From Waddliaceae bacterium (GTDB taxonomy: Bacteria > Chlamydiota > Chlamydiia > Chlamydiales > SLFE01): a DNA stretch of 64,000 bases. The translations under genes and the position numbers were made by a program. The stretch is from contig CAVYRW010000004.1 of NCBI GenBank assembly GCA_963771045.1, forward strand, positions 1,088,001 to 1,152,000, given 5' to 3'. Numbering within the stretch: position 1 is the stretch's first letter; the number at the start of each line of letters is the position of its first letter. The notes under the pieces are model-generated. The model was given only the letters and a program-made list of their open reading frames with translations. It made no database searches and had not been told where the DNA came from. Of the stretch, positions 53,929-64,000 are shown in pieces.

Positions 53929-55555
53929 CCGTATGAGTTGCGGCATTACAAATATCTTCCGGGCCAAAAAATTGAATAGGTCCCGGGTAGCGATAGTCGT
54001 CATCAAAACGCCACAGCTTACGGTATTTGACAAACTCGCCAAAGACAGCGCCGTTTAAATCTACGAGGCTTTTTTTGACGACAAGTTTTTTCTTCCCTTT
54101 GCGCGTTTCGCTATGCATTAAGGGAACTAGCGGAATACCAAGAGGAGTCCATTGAGACGGAGGCTCGCTTAAATTTTGAATAGCGGCCATATAACCTGTT
54201 TTTTTTCTTGCAATCAACAGAGCCGCTGCCAAACCGAGGGAAAAGCAATAGTTGGCATCGAAGTTGGAAGGAAAGCACGAGCGTCCTTCATAGCCGCAAA
54301 AATAGGGTTGAGCGCTAAATTTCCCCTTATAGTCCTCTCCTCGATTTTTTAATTCGGCCTTTACCATTTGTATCAAAAGACGTTCGCTTTCAATTTTCGA
54401 GACCTGGACATTGCCGTGAGGATCGCGCTCTTTGAGAAGCTGAGCCTGAATGTTTTTCGGAAGATTTTTAAAACAATGCTCGCCGTCTTCACTCAAACGG
54501 TGCGTGATCAGCTCGGTTTTTACATGAACTGAAGATAAATCATTCATTTTCTGCTGAATTTCTTTCGACGAGAGAAGATTGTTCAACTCGGTGATCAAAT
54601 TCTTAATTTCAGGGATGAACTCAACAATCCCCTCCGGTATGAGGATGACGCCGTAATTTTTCCCTTTTTCTGCTCTCTCACAAATTAAATCGGCAATGTC
54701 GGCGACAATCTCTTCAAGTGATCTCTCTTCTTTTTTAACTTCTTCGCCGATCAGCGTATAATTGGCATGCGTTTGAAGGGCGCATTCAAGGACGATATGG
54801 GATGCAGAACGCCCCATGAGTTTAATAAAAAAATAGTATTTGCCCGCTGAAAGCGAATCTCTTGCAATGTTTCCTATAATTTCCGAATAGGTTTTGCAGG
54901 CTGTGTCAAACCCGAATGACATCTCGACAAATTCATTGGTCAAATCGCCGTCGATTGTTTTGGGAACACCGATGACACGGCAATCGACATTCTGCTGTAA
55001 AAAGTATTCAGCTAAAAAAGCGGCATTCGTATTGGAATCATCACCGCCAATAATAACAATACCATTAAGTCCGAGTTGTTTGACTACATCTTTTACAGCT
55101 TTAAACTGATCGGGCTGCTCGATTTTATCACGCCCCGAACCGATGAGGTCAAATCCTCCCTGGTTGATATAGCCTTCGATCAACTCCTCTGTCAGCTCTT
55201 TGTAATCATCAGTAATCAGCCCTTTGGGACCGCCGTTAAATCCATACAGGCTGCTCTCTTTATGAAATTTTTTAAGTGCTCTAAAGAGCCCCGCGAGAAC
55301 ATTATGCCCGCCTGCAGCCTGCCCTCCGGAAAATACAGTGCCAATTTTCAAGGGTCTGCAGCTAATGCCGGTTTTAGCCTTAAATTGAATCAATGGCTGC
55401 TCGAAAGATTTAGGAAAGGTTTCGATAAGTTCTTCTGCTTCCTCATCGCTAAGCTGTAAAAGCCGATCGTCGGCCGTTTCAAGATTTTCAAGATTTTGAA
55501 GAATTTTCGGAATTTCAGGCAGATAGTTTTGCCTGGCTTTTTGCAAAAATGACAT
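53882..55555 (-). CDS. pfp: Pyrophosphate-dependent phosphofructokinase
   Basis: SGGQAAGGHN, IGGDDSNTNA, VPKTIDGD, MGRSASH, GYEGR. Confidence 0.95.
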   Translation of the reverse strand: MSFLQKARQNYLPEIPKILQNLENLETADDRLLQLSDEEAEELIETFPKSFEQPLIQFKAKTGISCRPLKIGTVFSGGQAAGGHNVLAGLFRALKKFHKESSLYGFNGGPKGLITDDYKELTEELIEGYINQGGFDLIGSGRDKIEQPDQFKAVKDVVKQLGLNGIVIIGGDDSNTNAAFLAEYFLQQNVDCRVIGVPKTIDGDLTNEFVEMSFGFDTACKTYSEIIGNIARDSLSAGKYYFFIKLMGRSASHIVLECALQTHANYTLIGEEVKKEERSLEEIVADIADLICERAEKGKNYGVILIPEGIVEFIPEIKNLITELNNLLSSKEIQQKMNDLSSVHVKTELITHRLSEDGEHCFKNLPKNIQAQLLKERDPHGNVQVSKIESERLLIQMVKAELKNRGEDYKGKFSAQPYFCGYEGRSCFPSNFDANYCFSLGLAAALLIARKKTGYMAAIQNLSEPPSQWTPLGIPLVPLMHSETRKGKKKLVVKKSLVDLNGAVFGEFVKYRKLWRFDDDYRYPGPIQFFGPEDICNAATHTVTIYGRQRSAQSRIL

Positions 55556-55563
55556 TGGTGACC

Positions 55564-56360
55564 TCACAGCGTTTCGGCAAACCATTTACACGTTTCTTCA
55601 AGAGTATAAGCTTGATCTTCTGGATGGGCGAAATCGTGGTCTGTATTGGGGAGACGAATAATTTTAGTTTCTGCCGCAGCTCCCTCTCGATGCTTTTCAT
55701 ACTCATAGGCGTGCTCGATAGTGATCCCGGTATCTTTGACTCCATGTATATGAAGCAAAGGAACTTCATGCAAATGAACAAGATGATCTTCAAGCTTCAA
55801 AGCAAAAAATTCCCGTAAAAAGTGCTCATTGGCATGCAAGCCGTCAAACTTCATGAGCTGCTCTCTTGCTTCATCGGTCGTCTCTGGACTTTGAACAATT
55901 TCCCAAAGCTCGCGCCATTGCTCGAGCATGAAAGGTTGGAGCCCAAAGAGCCATAGATTTGATATGGCCGTGCTTTCTGGCAGCCATAACAGCCACCAGG
56001 CCTCCTAATGATTTTCCTAAAAACCCCATCCGCGATGTGTCGATTCCCCGAAAGATTGTCGACAACATCCAAAGCTTTCATGGCATCGGACACTTCCCGC
56101 CCAATCGTCATGTCAATCCAATCTCCTTCGCTGTCGCCGCATCCTCGGAAATCAAATCGGAAGGAGGCAATGCCGCATTTTGCCAGCATCTCCGCTTCTT
56201 TCACATAAACGCGAAAATCGCCTGCCTTGTGTCCCCCAAATCCATGAAACATCACCACAATGGGCGGATTTTTGACATCCAAAGGCCTATGAAGAATAGC
56301 AAAAAGTTTTTGCCCTTCATTTTCAAATTCCAAGCTTGTACGTGTTTCGAATTTCATCAT
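55564..56360 (-). CDS. Alpha/beta hydrolase (split by two frameshifts)
   Basis: HGFGG, RFDFRGCGDSEG, GKSLGG, IHGVKD, DHDF across three ORFs. Confidence 0.85.
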
Positions 56361-56419
56361 TAATATTCTGAAACATATATTGAGTGAAAGGGAAATGTCA
56401 AATAAAATTAAGCCTGGAT

Positions 56420-56492
56420 TAGCGGCAACTGGACTCGAACCAGTGACACGCGGATTATGATTCCGCTGCTCTACCAACTGAGCTATACCGCC
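56420..56492 (-). tRNA. tRNA with CAT anticodon, elongator-type Met
   Basis: GGCGGTATAGCTCAGTTGGTAGAGCAGCGGAATCATAATCCGCGTGTCACTGGTTCGAGTCCAGTTGCCGCTA cloverleaf. Confidence 0.93.
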
Positions 56493-56516
56493 ATGAAGCG
56501 ATTTGTTAGAGAAAAA

Positions 56517-56589
56517 TAGCGGGGGAAGGATTCGAACCTCCGACCTTTGGGTTATGAGCCCAACGAGCTAACCCCTGCTCCACCCCGCG
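56517..56589 (-). tRNA. Initiator tRNA-fMet (CAT)
   Basis: CGCGGGG acceptor start with an unpaired first position. GGG/CCC anticodon stem around CTCATAA. GGTTCGAATCC T-arm. Confidence 0.93.
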
Positions 56590-56627
56590 ATAACGTTTGA
56601 ATTTCTAAGAATATCAGACTCATTGAA

Positions 56628-57879
56628 TTATAAGCAACAGGATTTATGAATTATTTCGAATGTTTTCTTCGAGGCTCCTCGGTTGTCTTGAATCAGCCTG
56701 AGTCCGTTTTGTCCCAGGATATCCCGCTTTTCCTTATTTTCCAGAAGCGAACGCAGCGCCCATGGAAGCGCTTCGACTGTAGCCTGAAGCCCGGCTCCGT
56801 AGGTGATGCAAAGCTCTGTCAACTCGGGCTGAGACTGCATATTCGGTCCAAATATGACAGCAACTCCAAATTCTCCAGGCTCTAAGATATTATGGCCCCC
56901 AACCTCTTTAACATAGCTGCCCCCGACAAGTGCGGCATCGGCGATTTGATAACATTTTTTCAAAATGCCCATAGCGTCGACAAGCAGAATTTTAAATGGT
57001 TCATTGTTATTGTCTGTGTATTTCTTATAAGGCTGCCCGCACTGTTCAAGCAGCTCTTGCACTTCGCAAAACCGTTCCGGGATGGCGAGGAACTAGCAGA
57101 ACCTTAAGATTAGGAAAATCGTTCCACATTCCTTCAAGAATTTCAAGAAACCACCTCTCTTCCGGATGGTGAGTCGAGCCAATGACAAGAACTAAATCCC
57201 CTTTATTTAGCCCCATCTCCTCTTTGCTGCCCATAAAAACAGGCTCCTCGCTATCGAGTTTTAGGTTGCCGGTTATTTTGAGGACGTTTTTTTGGACACC
57301 CAGTTTTTCAAAGCGATGCGCATAGTGAAAACTTTGCACGCATATGCAGTCAAACAGAGAGAAAATTTTTCCGGCCCAAAAAGAAAACGCCTGGTAGCGC
57401 AAAAAAGTCTTCTCAGACATTTTTCCATTTACCAGAATCAGCTTGGCTCCCTCCTGCTTGCATTGGCTTAAAAAGTTATACCAAAGGTCGGTCTCGCAGA
57501 TAATCACCAGGTCGGGCCGAGCCCTTTTAACCAGCTTTTTCATTGTCCAGGTAAAATCAAGCGGGAGATATAGATAAAAATCGGCAAACGGGACAGCTTT
57601 TTCAGCTGCTTCCCTTCCGGATGCTGTTCCTGAAGAGACTAGAAACTCCGCATCGTCTCCATAGGCTTCTTTCATCATTTTCGCAAGCGGAGCAGCCGCC
57701 TTAATCTCGCCAAGGGAAACAGCGTGAATCCATACAAGGCGCGATTTCGTTTTCCGGGGCATTTCCGAGAGAAACCCAAGTCTTTCTCCCAGAGTTGCCC
57801 CTCCCTTCTTCCGAAGAACCAAAGAAGGCAGATAGAAGATAAACCCTAAAAAAAGAAAGAATTGGTATATATAAGCCAT
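56628..57879 (-). CDS. waaA: Kdo transferase (one frameshift near 57075)
   Basis: WIHAVSLGE, PLDF, TGNLKLD, GSTH, VPRHP, GGHNILEP. Confidence 0.93.
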
Positions 57880-57926
57880 AAGCAGGCATTATATCCCAAA
57901 ATGTGGTAGAATATAAGTGAAAAAGT

Positions 57927-58271
57927 ATGGCTGACGATCAAAAACAAAGCAAAGAAGACGTGAACCTGAGAAAAAGGTTAGAGGTGATTTTTGGTCTTCG
58001 CGACAAGATTGACCAGGCCCTGCACAAAGTTTACAAAAAAGGTGATTTCACACAAAAACAAATTTCCGACTATCTTGACAACCCAGGCAATTTTCAAACC
58101 ACCGAATGGGCTTTTATACAGCAGCAACGCGACAAAGTATTTAATTTCATCTGGGACACCCTGGGTCCCGAAGAAAAGAAAAAACATGAAAAAACTCAGC
58201 TTCAAAAAAAATCCAAGAAAAGAAAGCGAAAGTCAATCGGCCACCGCCGCAAATGGATCCAAATGGATTAA
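57927..58271 (+). CDS. Hypothetical protein with basic C-terminus
   Basis: 114-aa ORF. Confidence 0.7.
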   Translation: MADDQKQSKEDVNLRKRLEVIFGLRDKIDQALHKVYKKGDFTQKQISDYLDNPGNFQTTEWAFIQQQRDKVFNFIWDTLGPEEKKKHEKTQLQKKSKKRKRKSIGHRRKWIQMD

Positions 58272-59020
58272 CCCGAAAGATCTTCAAGAACTTGGGTCAA
58301 ATGCTTCAACGTTTTCCAGAACCGGAGGTGAGAGTTGCCGGAAGCTCCTGACATGCCGATTTTGTAGATCTTTTTCCTGACGAGCTCATCTTCGGAGATT
58401 TGCTCGATCAACTCTAAAAGTTTTTTATAATGTTTGGATTCGACAAGTTTTTCCGCCTTCCTTGGCAGCGAAATTTTGTGGAGAAATTGCAGAACCTCCA
58501 TCCTCCTGATAAGCTCCCGGATAAACTCCAAAAGAAGGTCTTCATCGGCTCCGCGGTCTTTGACAGCCGCAACAAAACGTCTGAACTCTTTTTCAGTAGA
58601 ATTCAAGAATTCAATGATCTCAAATCGTTCGACCTTGAGACCTTTCTTTTTAATAATGACTTCCTGCCTTTTCCGCTTCATTTTCTCAATGGTTTCTCCC
58701 AGGCTTAGAAGTACGTTGCCGAGGTTGGCATACTGCGAAGGCTTGGCAAATTGTCTGGCAAGTGCAGAGTTTGCTCCCAGGAAGGCGATCGCTTTTTCCA
58801 GGCGGTCAAGTGATTTGCTGTCTAGCCCCTCCGCTTTTGCACGAAAATCCCCTCTGGCTTCATTTCGTAAAGCCAACGCTTTTTGCTGAATCGCCTTGAT
58901 GAATTTTTTAGCCTGGGGTGAAGATATAGTCTGATTTCCTTGAGACAGGGAATCGGCAAATTTCTGAACATCGTGCTGCGCCGACGCGATAATATGATTT
59001 ATAGGGCCTAAAGATGACAT
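58268..59020 (-). CDS. Hypothetical helical protein
   Basis: 250-aa ORF. Confidence 0.65.
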   Translation of the reverse strand: MSSLGPINHIIASAQHDVQKFADSLSQGNQTISSPQAKKFIKAIQQKALALRNEARGDFRAKAEGLDSKSLDRLEKAIAFLGANSALARQFAKPSQYANLGNVLLSLGETIEKMKRKRQEVIIKKKGLKVERFEIIEFLNSTEKEFRRFVAAVKDRGADEDLLLEFIRELIRRMEVLQFLHKISLPRKAEKLVESKHYKKLLELIEQISEDELVRKKIYKIGMSGASGNSHLRFWKTLKHLTQVLEDLSG

Positions 59021-59068
59021 AATATAATTATACTCGATTTTTTATTATAAATCCATGATAATGTAGCT

Positions 59069-59833
59069 ATGACTTCATGGGAAAATGTCAGCAGCTGGTA
59101 TGATAAAATTGTGGGAAAAGAGGGGCATTATTACCATCGCCGCGTCATTTTCCCCAATCTTTTCAGGCTGATGAAGCTTGAAGATGAAGAAGCGCCAAAA
59201 ATTTTGGATCTCGCCTGCGGCCAGGGAATACTCGCCCGCTGCCTGCCTCCGAATGCCGCGTATGTTGGAGCAGACATCTCCTCGTCATTGATACGATCGG
59301 CTAAACAAAAAATCAAAAAGCACAGCTTTATCACGGCCGATGTCACTAAAAAGTTGAAGCTTGATGACTATGATTTTACTCATGCGACCATCCTGCTTGC
59401 CTTGCAGAACATTGAAAATCCCCTGCCCGCTCTTAAAAATGCCTACCGCCATTTGAAAAATGGAGGACGGCTTACTATCGTGATGAACCACCCCTGTTTT
59501 CGGATTCCCCGACAATCCTCCTGGGAAGTCGACCAGAAGAAGCAGATCCAAAGCAGACAGATCAACCGCTACATGACGTCCCTTAAAATTCCCATCCAAA
59601 CTCACCCCGGAAAAGGAAAAAAGTCCGAAACGACTTATTCATTCCACCATCCCTTAAACGACTATTTCCGCTGGCTTCAAGAAGCGGGTTTTTTAGTTGA
59701 AATGCTCGAAGAGTGGTGCTCGGATAAGACAAGTACGGGAGGGGCTGCGCGGATGGAAAACCGCGCTCGCAAGGAGTTTCCCCTCTTCCTCGCCATCGCA
59801 GCTGTCAAGTCCTCCAAGAAAAGATCCGTTTAA
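59069..59833 (+). CDS. Class I SAM-dependent methyltransferase
   Basis: LDLACGQG, GADIS, NHPCFRIPRQSSW. Confidence 0.9.
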   Translation: MTSWENVSSWYDKIVGKEGHYYHRRVIFPNLFRLMKLEDEEAPKILDLACGQGILARCLPPNAAYVGADISSSLIRSAKQKIKKHSFITADVTKKLKLDDYDFTHATILLALQNIENPLPALKNAYRHLKNGGRLTIVMNHPCFRIPRQSSWEVDQKKQIQSRQINRYMTSLKIPIQTHPGKGKKSETTYSFHHPLNDYFRWLQEAGFLVEMLEEWCSDKTSTGGAARMENRARKEFPLFLAIAAVKSSKKRSV

Positions 59834-62366
59834 GTTCCTTTTTTACTAAATCCGGCAGCTCTTGCGAGTTTAATTCTTCTAAAAACTCCCATGCCTGATT
59901 CTTTTTTTGGATTTCTGGGTGCCAGCGCTGATCCGAAATGGCGAAAGCGCAAAGGCGTCTTAGAGCCAGCACCCTTGTTACGGCGGACTCCTTATCAGTG
60001 CGCGCAATATCAAGCAACGCTTCATACTCAAGCTCAATTTTACTATTATATTCGCTTCCATGGCCATGTGCGTGATGTCGATTTTCCAAATCGAGTCGGC
60101 TCGTTTCAGGCTCATAACTTTTAATCAGTTTCTCGCTGTTTTGGCTGATCTTCAAGGCCGCGTTTCGTTTGAGCATCTGCAGCGCATCTACCGCTGCATG
60201 AGCATCATGTAAGCTTCTTTTGTTTGTAAATACTGAACATATTTTATTCTGAATTTCAGAATATGTTTCATAATCGGAGGTGTGAGACCCTATATAACCA
60301 AGAATTAAAAGCAGCTCATAAAGCGGATCCCAAGTGGTATCGGCAAATCCCAAAGGAGTCAGTCCCCTGGTTCTTTGCGCAAGGCGAGTTTCTTCTTTTT
60401 TGAGGACCTTATCAACTGATTCAAATAATCGTGATCGTTCTTTTTCAAGAATCGGACCACACATTTTCGCCCCGGCATGGCTAAGCAGATATAACAATTG
60501 TTGCCGGGTTCTTCGCTGATCGAGGGTTGGAAGAAGCCGCTCAAGCATTCTGGCGCAAGCAGCCCCTTCAAAAACCTCTTGAGGTTCCCCATTGAGGCCT
60601 TCATATAAATTGAGAGTTTCTCTTTGAATGATCTCACGCTGGCTATTGGCGATGATCATTTTCACGATTTCTTGAACGGCAGGATCCTCTTTAAATCGGT
60701 TAACCAGCTCCTTCAGCGCTTGAATACGCAGGATATAATATGAAGTGTAGGTATCTTGCATCATCGTCAACTTTAGAAGAGCCTTCTTTGCCTTTTCTCG
60801 AAGCGATTCAAGGTTAAGCGCAAAGCCGATGCCTTCAATAGACAGCATTGATGAAAGAAGATCCCGATCTTTTGCAGAAGCCGTTTCAACAAGTAAATCA
60901 AAGACGCCCGGCGCCTCCAGGTGTCTTTGGTACACTTTGAGGGCTTCTTTATCGATACAAGAATGTTGGACAAGATACGAAATATTTTCCTCATCTTTGG
61001 CATCGTTCAATGAATAAACTCGCGCATACTCGTCCGCTTGCCTCAGCCAGCTTTTAATTTCATGCGGTAGACGCTTCTCTAGTTTCTGAATCAAAGAATC
61101 GCGTAGAAATTGCTTTAACCCTTCAAAGTATCGAATAATTAATTGTCTTGCTTGGCCATGTTTCTCTTGAGCAAAGAGAACTGAGATGATCTGAAGCATT
61201 ATGCTTTCTCTAATACGGCCGAGGGTAAAAAGCTCGTCGATTAGGCGGGTGTCGACGATGCCATCTGCGAGCTTACCCTCAACAATCTCTTCAAGAAGAC
61301 AACCAAAGCTGTATGCCTTCCGCGCCATAAGCTCTGATAACTCATACTGTTTTAACTTCAAACAATGCCAAGCCATGTCGTTATAAGCATCGATATCGCC
61401 CCAGTTAGCACGTTTAGTAAACTCAATAGCCATTTCGTTTTTTTGCGCCTCGGCAGCTTTCTTTGCAACAGCGAGCAGGCAACGCCGCCCCCATTCTTCG
61501 TGGAGATCTGACAAACGCATCAAATCGTCTTGAATCCGAGCTAAAGCTTTCTGAGGCTCATCTTCACCTTCCATCCTTTTTTTTAAAATTTCCAGCAGCG
61601 ATTTCCCTCCTGTGTATTTATTTAACTCCTCCGCCATTTTCTGGCATTCCAAGGCGTTTTTTTCATCATTTTGCCGAAGGGCAAGCCGGCATAAAATTAC
61701 AAAGTTATTGGCTCCGTTATCAGCATCCAATTCTGAACATTGCTTGGCCGCTTGAAACGCCAGCTTCCAATAGCTGTGCTGTGCAAATATCTTCGACAGG
61801 TCTCGGTAACGCCAATCCCTACCCAGAAAAGAATTCGAAGTTTCCAGCCGAGAAAGGTCAGCTTCGGGGTAGTTGATGTACAGAATAATAAAACACGCAT
61901 GCTCGGTGGGAATCCCACGCTCTACTAAAGGTTTGACTCGATTCCAAAACCGCTTATCAGCTACCAATACAGAGTCATTGCCAGACTCTTGATAAATTTT
62001 TTCAGCGTTAGCTATATTCTCCAATGCCGGAATTTCGCCGCTAGAGAGGCTTCGCTCAACGCTTCCTCTAAGTAGTGGCAGGTGTGCATTAGTTACTTTT
62101 TTCACGTTAGAAACACCGAATTGAGACCGCCAAGCAGTCAAGACTTTTGCCATCGACTTGGCAGCACCATAATTGGCTAGCTCGCGCGAGAAAAGAAGGG
62201 GCTTTTCCTCCTGCTTGGAAAAGAGGGGGGCGATAAGTTTTGCGATATTATCTGTTAACGACTCGATATTTGTCTCATAAAGAAGCCCTTCTAAGGGGAT
62301 TAATTTTTGACATATAGCCTCCAGGGAAATCTTCGAGGGATCTGAGTAGTTTGTTGGCCCTGTCAT
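59805..62366 (-). CDS. Large alpha-helical (TPR/HEAT-like) hypothetical protein
   Basis: About 853 aa, rich in Leu/Ala/Glu helices. Confidence 0.65.
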   Translation of the reverse strand: MTGPTNYSDPSKISLEAICQKLIPLEGLLYETNIESLTDNIAKLIAPLFSKQEEKPLLFSRELANYGAAKSMAKVLTAWRSQFGVSNVKKVTNAHLPLLRGSVERSLSSGEIPALENIANAEKIYQESGNDSVLVADKRFWNRVKPLVERGIPTEHACFIILYINYPEADLSRLETSNSFLGRDWRYRDLSKIFAQHSYWKLAFQAAKQCSELDADNGANNFVILCRLALRQNDEKNALECQKMAEELNKYTGGKSLLEILKKRMEGEDEPQKALARIQDDLMRLSDLHEEWGRRCLLAVAKKAAEAQKNEMAIEFTKRANWGDIDAYNDMAWHCLKLKQYELSELMARKAYSFGCLLEEIVEGKLADGIVDTRLIDELFTLGRIRESIMLQIISVLFAQEKHGQARQLIIRYFEGLKQFLRDSLIQKLEKRLPHEIKSWLRQADEYARVYSLNDAKDEENISYLVQHSCIDKEALKVYQRHLEAPGVFDLLVETASAKDRDLLSSMLSIEGIGFALNLESLREKAKKALLKLTMMQDTYTSYYILRIQALKELVNRFKEDPAVQEIVKMIIANSQREIIQRETLNLYEGLNGEPQEVFEGAACARMLERLLPTLDQRRTRQQLLYLLSHAGAKMCGPILEKERSRLFESVDKVLKKEETRLAQRTRGLTPLGFADTTWDPLYELLLILGYIGSHTSDYETYSEIQNKICSVFTNKRSLHDAHAAVDALQMLKRNAALKISQNSEKLIKSYEPETSRLDLENRHHAHGHGSEYNSKIELEYEALLDIARTDKESAVTRVLALRRLCAFAISDQRWHPEIQKKNQAWEFLEELNSQELPDLVKKELKRIFSWRT

Positions 62367-62630
62367 AATTATCTCCAATTAAAATCTTGAGGCTAAATGT
62401 TAACACCTAGACAAGAAAAGATCAAGAAGTCAAGATACCCGCGTTTTGCAAAATTTCCAGGGGCCACGATTCGGTAAGGCTCACTTTAATAATTGATTGT
62501 CTTAACCAGTTTAACGAGTTGTGGTCTTTCATTTCGCTTACAGCTTTTGAATGCATGGCAATTTCACAGCGCTCTTGCAGGTAATAACCTGACTATTGCA
62601 ACAATTTCACCGCTATTGCCTTTGTTGACA

Positions 62631-63179
62631 TCAGATAAGCTTCCTAGCCAGCCATTGGCTATAAAATATAAGAAGGGGCATGATAAACATCCACACCAAA
62701 CCAACAATTAACGAAACCACAAGGTCATTGGGATAAAATGACGCCGCTCCCACTTTGGCGGCGGCATAGTAGCTGACAGCGGCGCCGCCGGAGCCAAAAA
62801 CTGCAGCTATGTAGGGATTGTACCTGAGCCACATGAGAGAGTGATTGACGCTCATGGCAAGGAGCACCCAAATGCTAGTCACCCATAAAGGAGCCAGCCA
62901 GGGAATACTTTGATATCCCCCATGATACTTAATCATCCCGATATTGAGGTAGATGGTATCATTTATGGTGCCAAAAAGGCCGACCGTTAGCATCAGCACA
63001 ATTTCCGCAAGCTGAAAGCGGAGCTGAAACAAATGATAGAGGACAAAAAAGGCAATAATTATCGGCCCCTGATAGGGACGGCCGCTCACAACACCCGACA
63101 GACAAAAACCCCAGCCAAGATAAAACAGGAGAAAATTAAAGATCCGCATCAAAAACTGAGGTCTTATCTTAAGCTTCAT
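62631..63179 (-). CDS. DUF2878-like membrane protein
   Basis: NFLLFYLGW, APLWVTSIW, NHSLMWL, SYYAA. Confidence 0.8.
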   Translation of the reverse strand: MKLKIRPQFLMRIFNFLLFYLGWGFCLSGVVSGRPYQGPIIIAFFVLYHLFQLRFQLAEIVLMLTVGLFGTINDTIYLNIGMIKYHGGYQSIPWLAPLWVTSIWVLLAMSVNHSLMWLRYNPYIAAVFGSGGAAVSYYAAAKVGAASFYPNDLVVSLIVGLVWMFIMPLLIFYSQWLARKLI

Positions 63180-63684
63180 TCTTTCTTGTTGTTTTCCAAA
63201 TTTCCAGGGTCGCTTGCCTAATGCCATGGTAGAGGAAATAGCCGGCCAGCAAACCGATAAAGGCCCAGACGATCCCCTCAATCGAGATATTGACAGCAGG
63301 AGTGAAGTGTTTGAAAGTGCCCAGAAACAAATCGGAATTAAAGTGTGAAGCAAAAACAAAAGGCCTTGCCAGCCACCCTGCCCCTTCAAGGTTTGTTAGA
63401 GCTTCGCTTAAAGACGCATAGCGGTTCAAAATAGCCTCAAGCATATCTCCCTGGGCTTGAAAAAGAGTGTCGCTGCTTCCTTTGAATTTTGCCATGTAAT
63501 CAGCAATGGTCAAGTCGCCGTTTTTGGCAATTTGATGAATTTGATCGACCTGAAGCCTAAGTTCGTGGACGCTTCCGGCAAGCTGCTGGGTATACTGCTG
63601 AATGAAAGCCGGCGCCTGGGAGAAGATCAAAGCTCCCAGCACAGCAAAAATCCGGTCTAAAACAGTGTCTAGCAATTTTCCCAT
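63169..63684 (-). CDS. DUF2937-like protein
   Basis: SQAPAFIQQYTQQLAG. Confidence 0.8.
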   Translation of the reverse strand: MGKLLDTVLDRIFAVLGALIFSQAPAFIQQYTQQLAGSVHELRLQVDQIHQIAKNGDLTIADYMAKFKGSSDTLFQAQGDMLEAILNRYASLSEALTNLEGAGWLARPFVFASHFNSDLFLGTFKHFTPAVNISIEGIVWAFIGLLAGYFLYHGIRQATLEIWKTTRKNEA

Positions 63685-63712
63685 ACTTCCTTTTATACAC
63701 GAATTGACTATT

Positions 63713-64000
63713 TTAATGGTCATTTGGATAAAAGGGCTCCAAATGGACCATGACGTCCCGAACAGAGGGCCACTTTCGCTGGATTTCGGCACGGACGTGC
63801 TGGCTGATCAAGTGCGCCTCTTCTACGTTTATTTTCGGATCGACTTCCACATCAATGTCCACATGAGCGTCAGGACCCGATAGCTGTATCCTCAGCTTTT
63901 CCGTACCTAAAACACCTTCAACTCGGCCGGCAGTTTCCCGAACCAAATGAAAGTATTCTTTATCCGGAATCTTGTCCATAAGCTGATGGATGTTGCTTCT
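63713..64000 (-). CDS. Cation diffusion facilitator, C-terminal dimerisation domain (partial)
   Basis: LMD...VEGV...HVDIDVEVD...EEAHLI...DVMVHLEP. Confidence 0.85.
   Translation of the reverse strand, partial: RSNIHQLMDKIPDKEYFHLVRETAGRVEGVLGTEKLRIQLSGPDAHVDIDVEVDPKINVEEAHLISQHVRAEIQRKWPSVRDVMVHLEPFYPNDH

Noticed and set aside
55851..56477. ORF-track N-terminal extension of the hydrolase to 56477
   Set aside because: It runs through the tRNA gene. The real start is near 56360.
56420..56589. tRNA pair as an island integration site
   Set aside because: No duplicated tRNA 3' end or integrase seen. The flanks are housekeeping genes.
42987..57879. Programmed frameshifting or an alternative genetic code to explain the split genes
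   Set aside because: The breaks are frame changes, not in-frame stops, and lack a shared slippery motif. Only the IS1 A-run fits known recoding.
1..64000. CRISPR array, cas genes, prophage, rRNA or integron
   Set aside because: No regularly spaced repeat-spacer array, phage structural genes, rRNA or integrase seen. The repeats present are IS ends or short palindromes.

Overview
Chromosomal window from an environmental chlamydia (Parachlamydiales-like). The assignment is inferred from a CPAF-like protease, an Lpg1974/MOMP-like porin, PPi-dependent PFK, Kdo transferase and an Opp operon. 1-18.6 kb is accessory DNA. It holds a minus-strand operon (SAM methyltransferase, PGM1-like ATP-grasp ligase, KamA-like aminomutase running off the left edge), a split AsmA-like gene, an NSF/Sec18-like AAA ATPase with multiplied N subdomains, a porin, a small gene broken by both IS1 and IS256, an MFS transporter and a NodZ-like glycosyltransferase. 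18.7-35.1 kb is a 16.4-kb IS66-bounded unit flanked by an 8-bp direct repeat. It carries an Rhs toxin (Ntox37-like tip) with a candidate immunity gene, plus nested ISAs1, IS1634, IS4, IS66 and IS256 elements and an internal inversion. 35-64 kb is mostly ordinary genes (GT4, CPAF, ribBA/ribH, oppABCDF, pfp, two tRNA-Met, waaA, CDF transporter). Many genes there have single-base frameshifts that look like assembly indels. All family calls come from motif recognition by eye; no searches were run.
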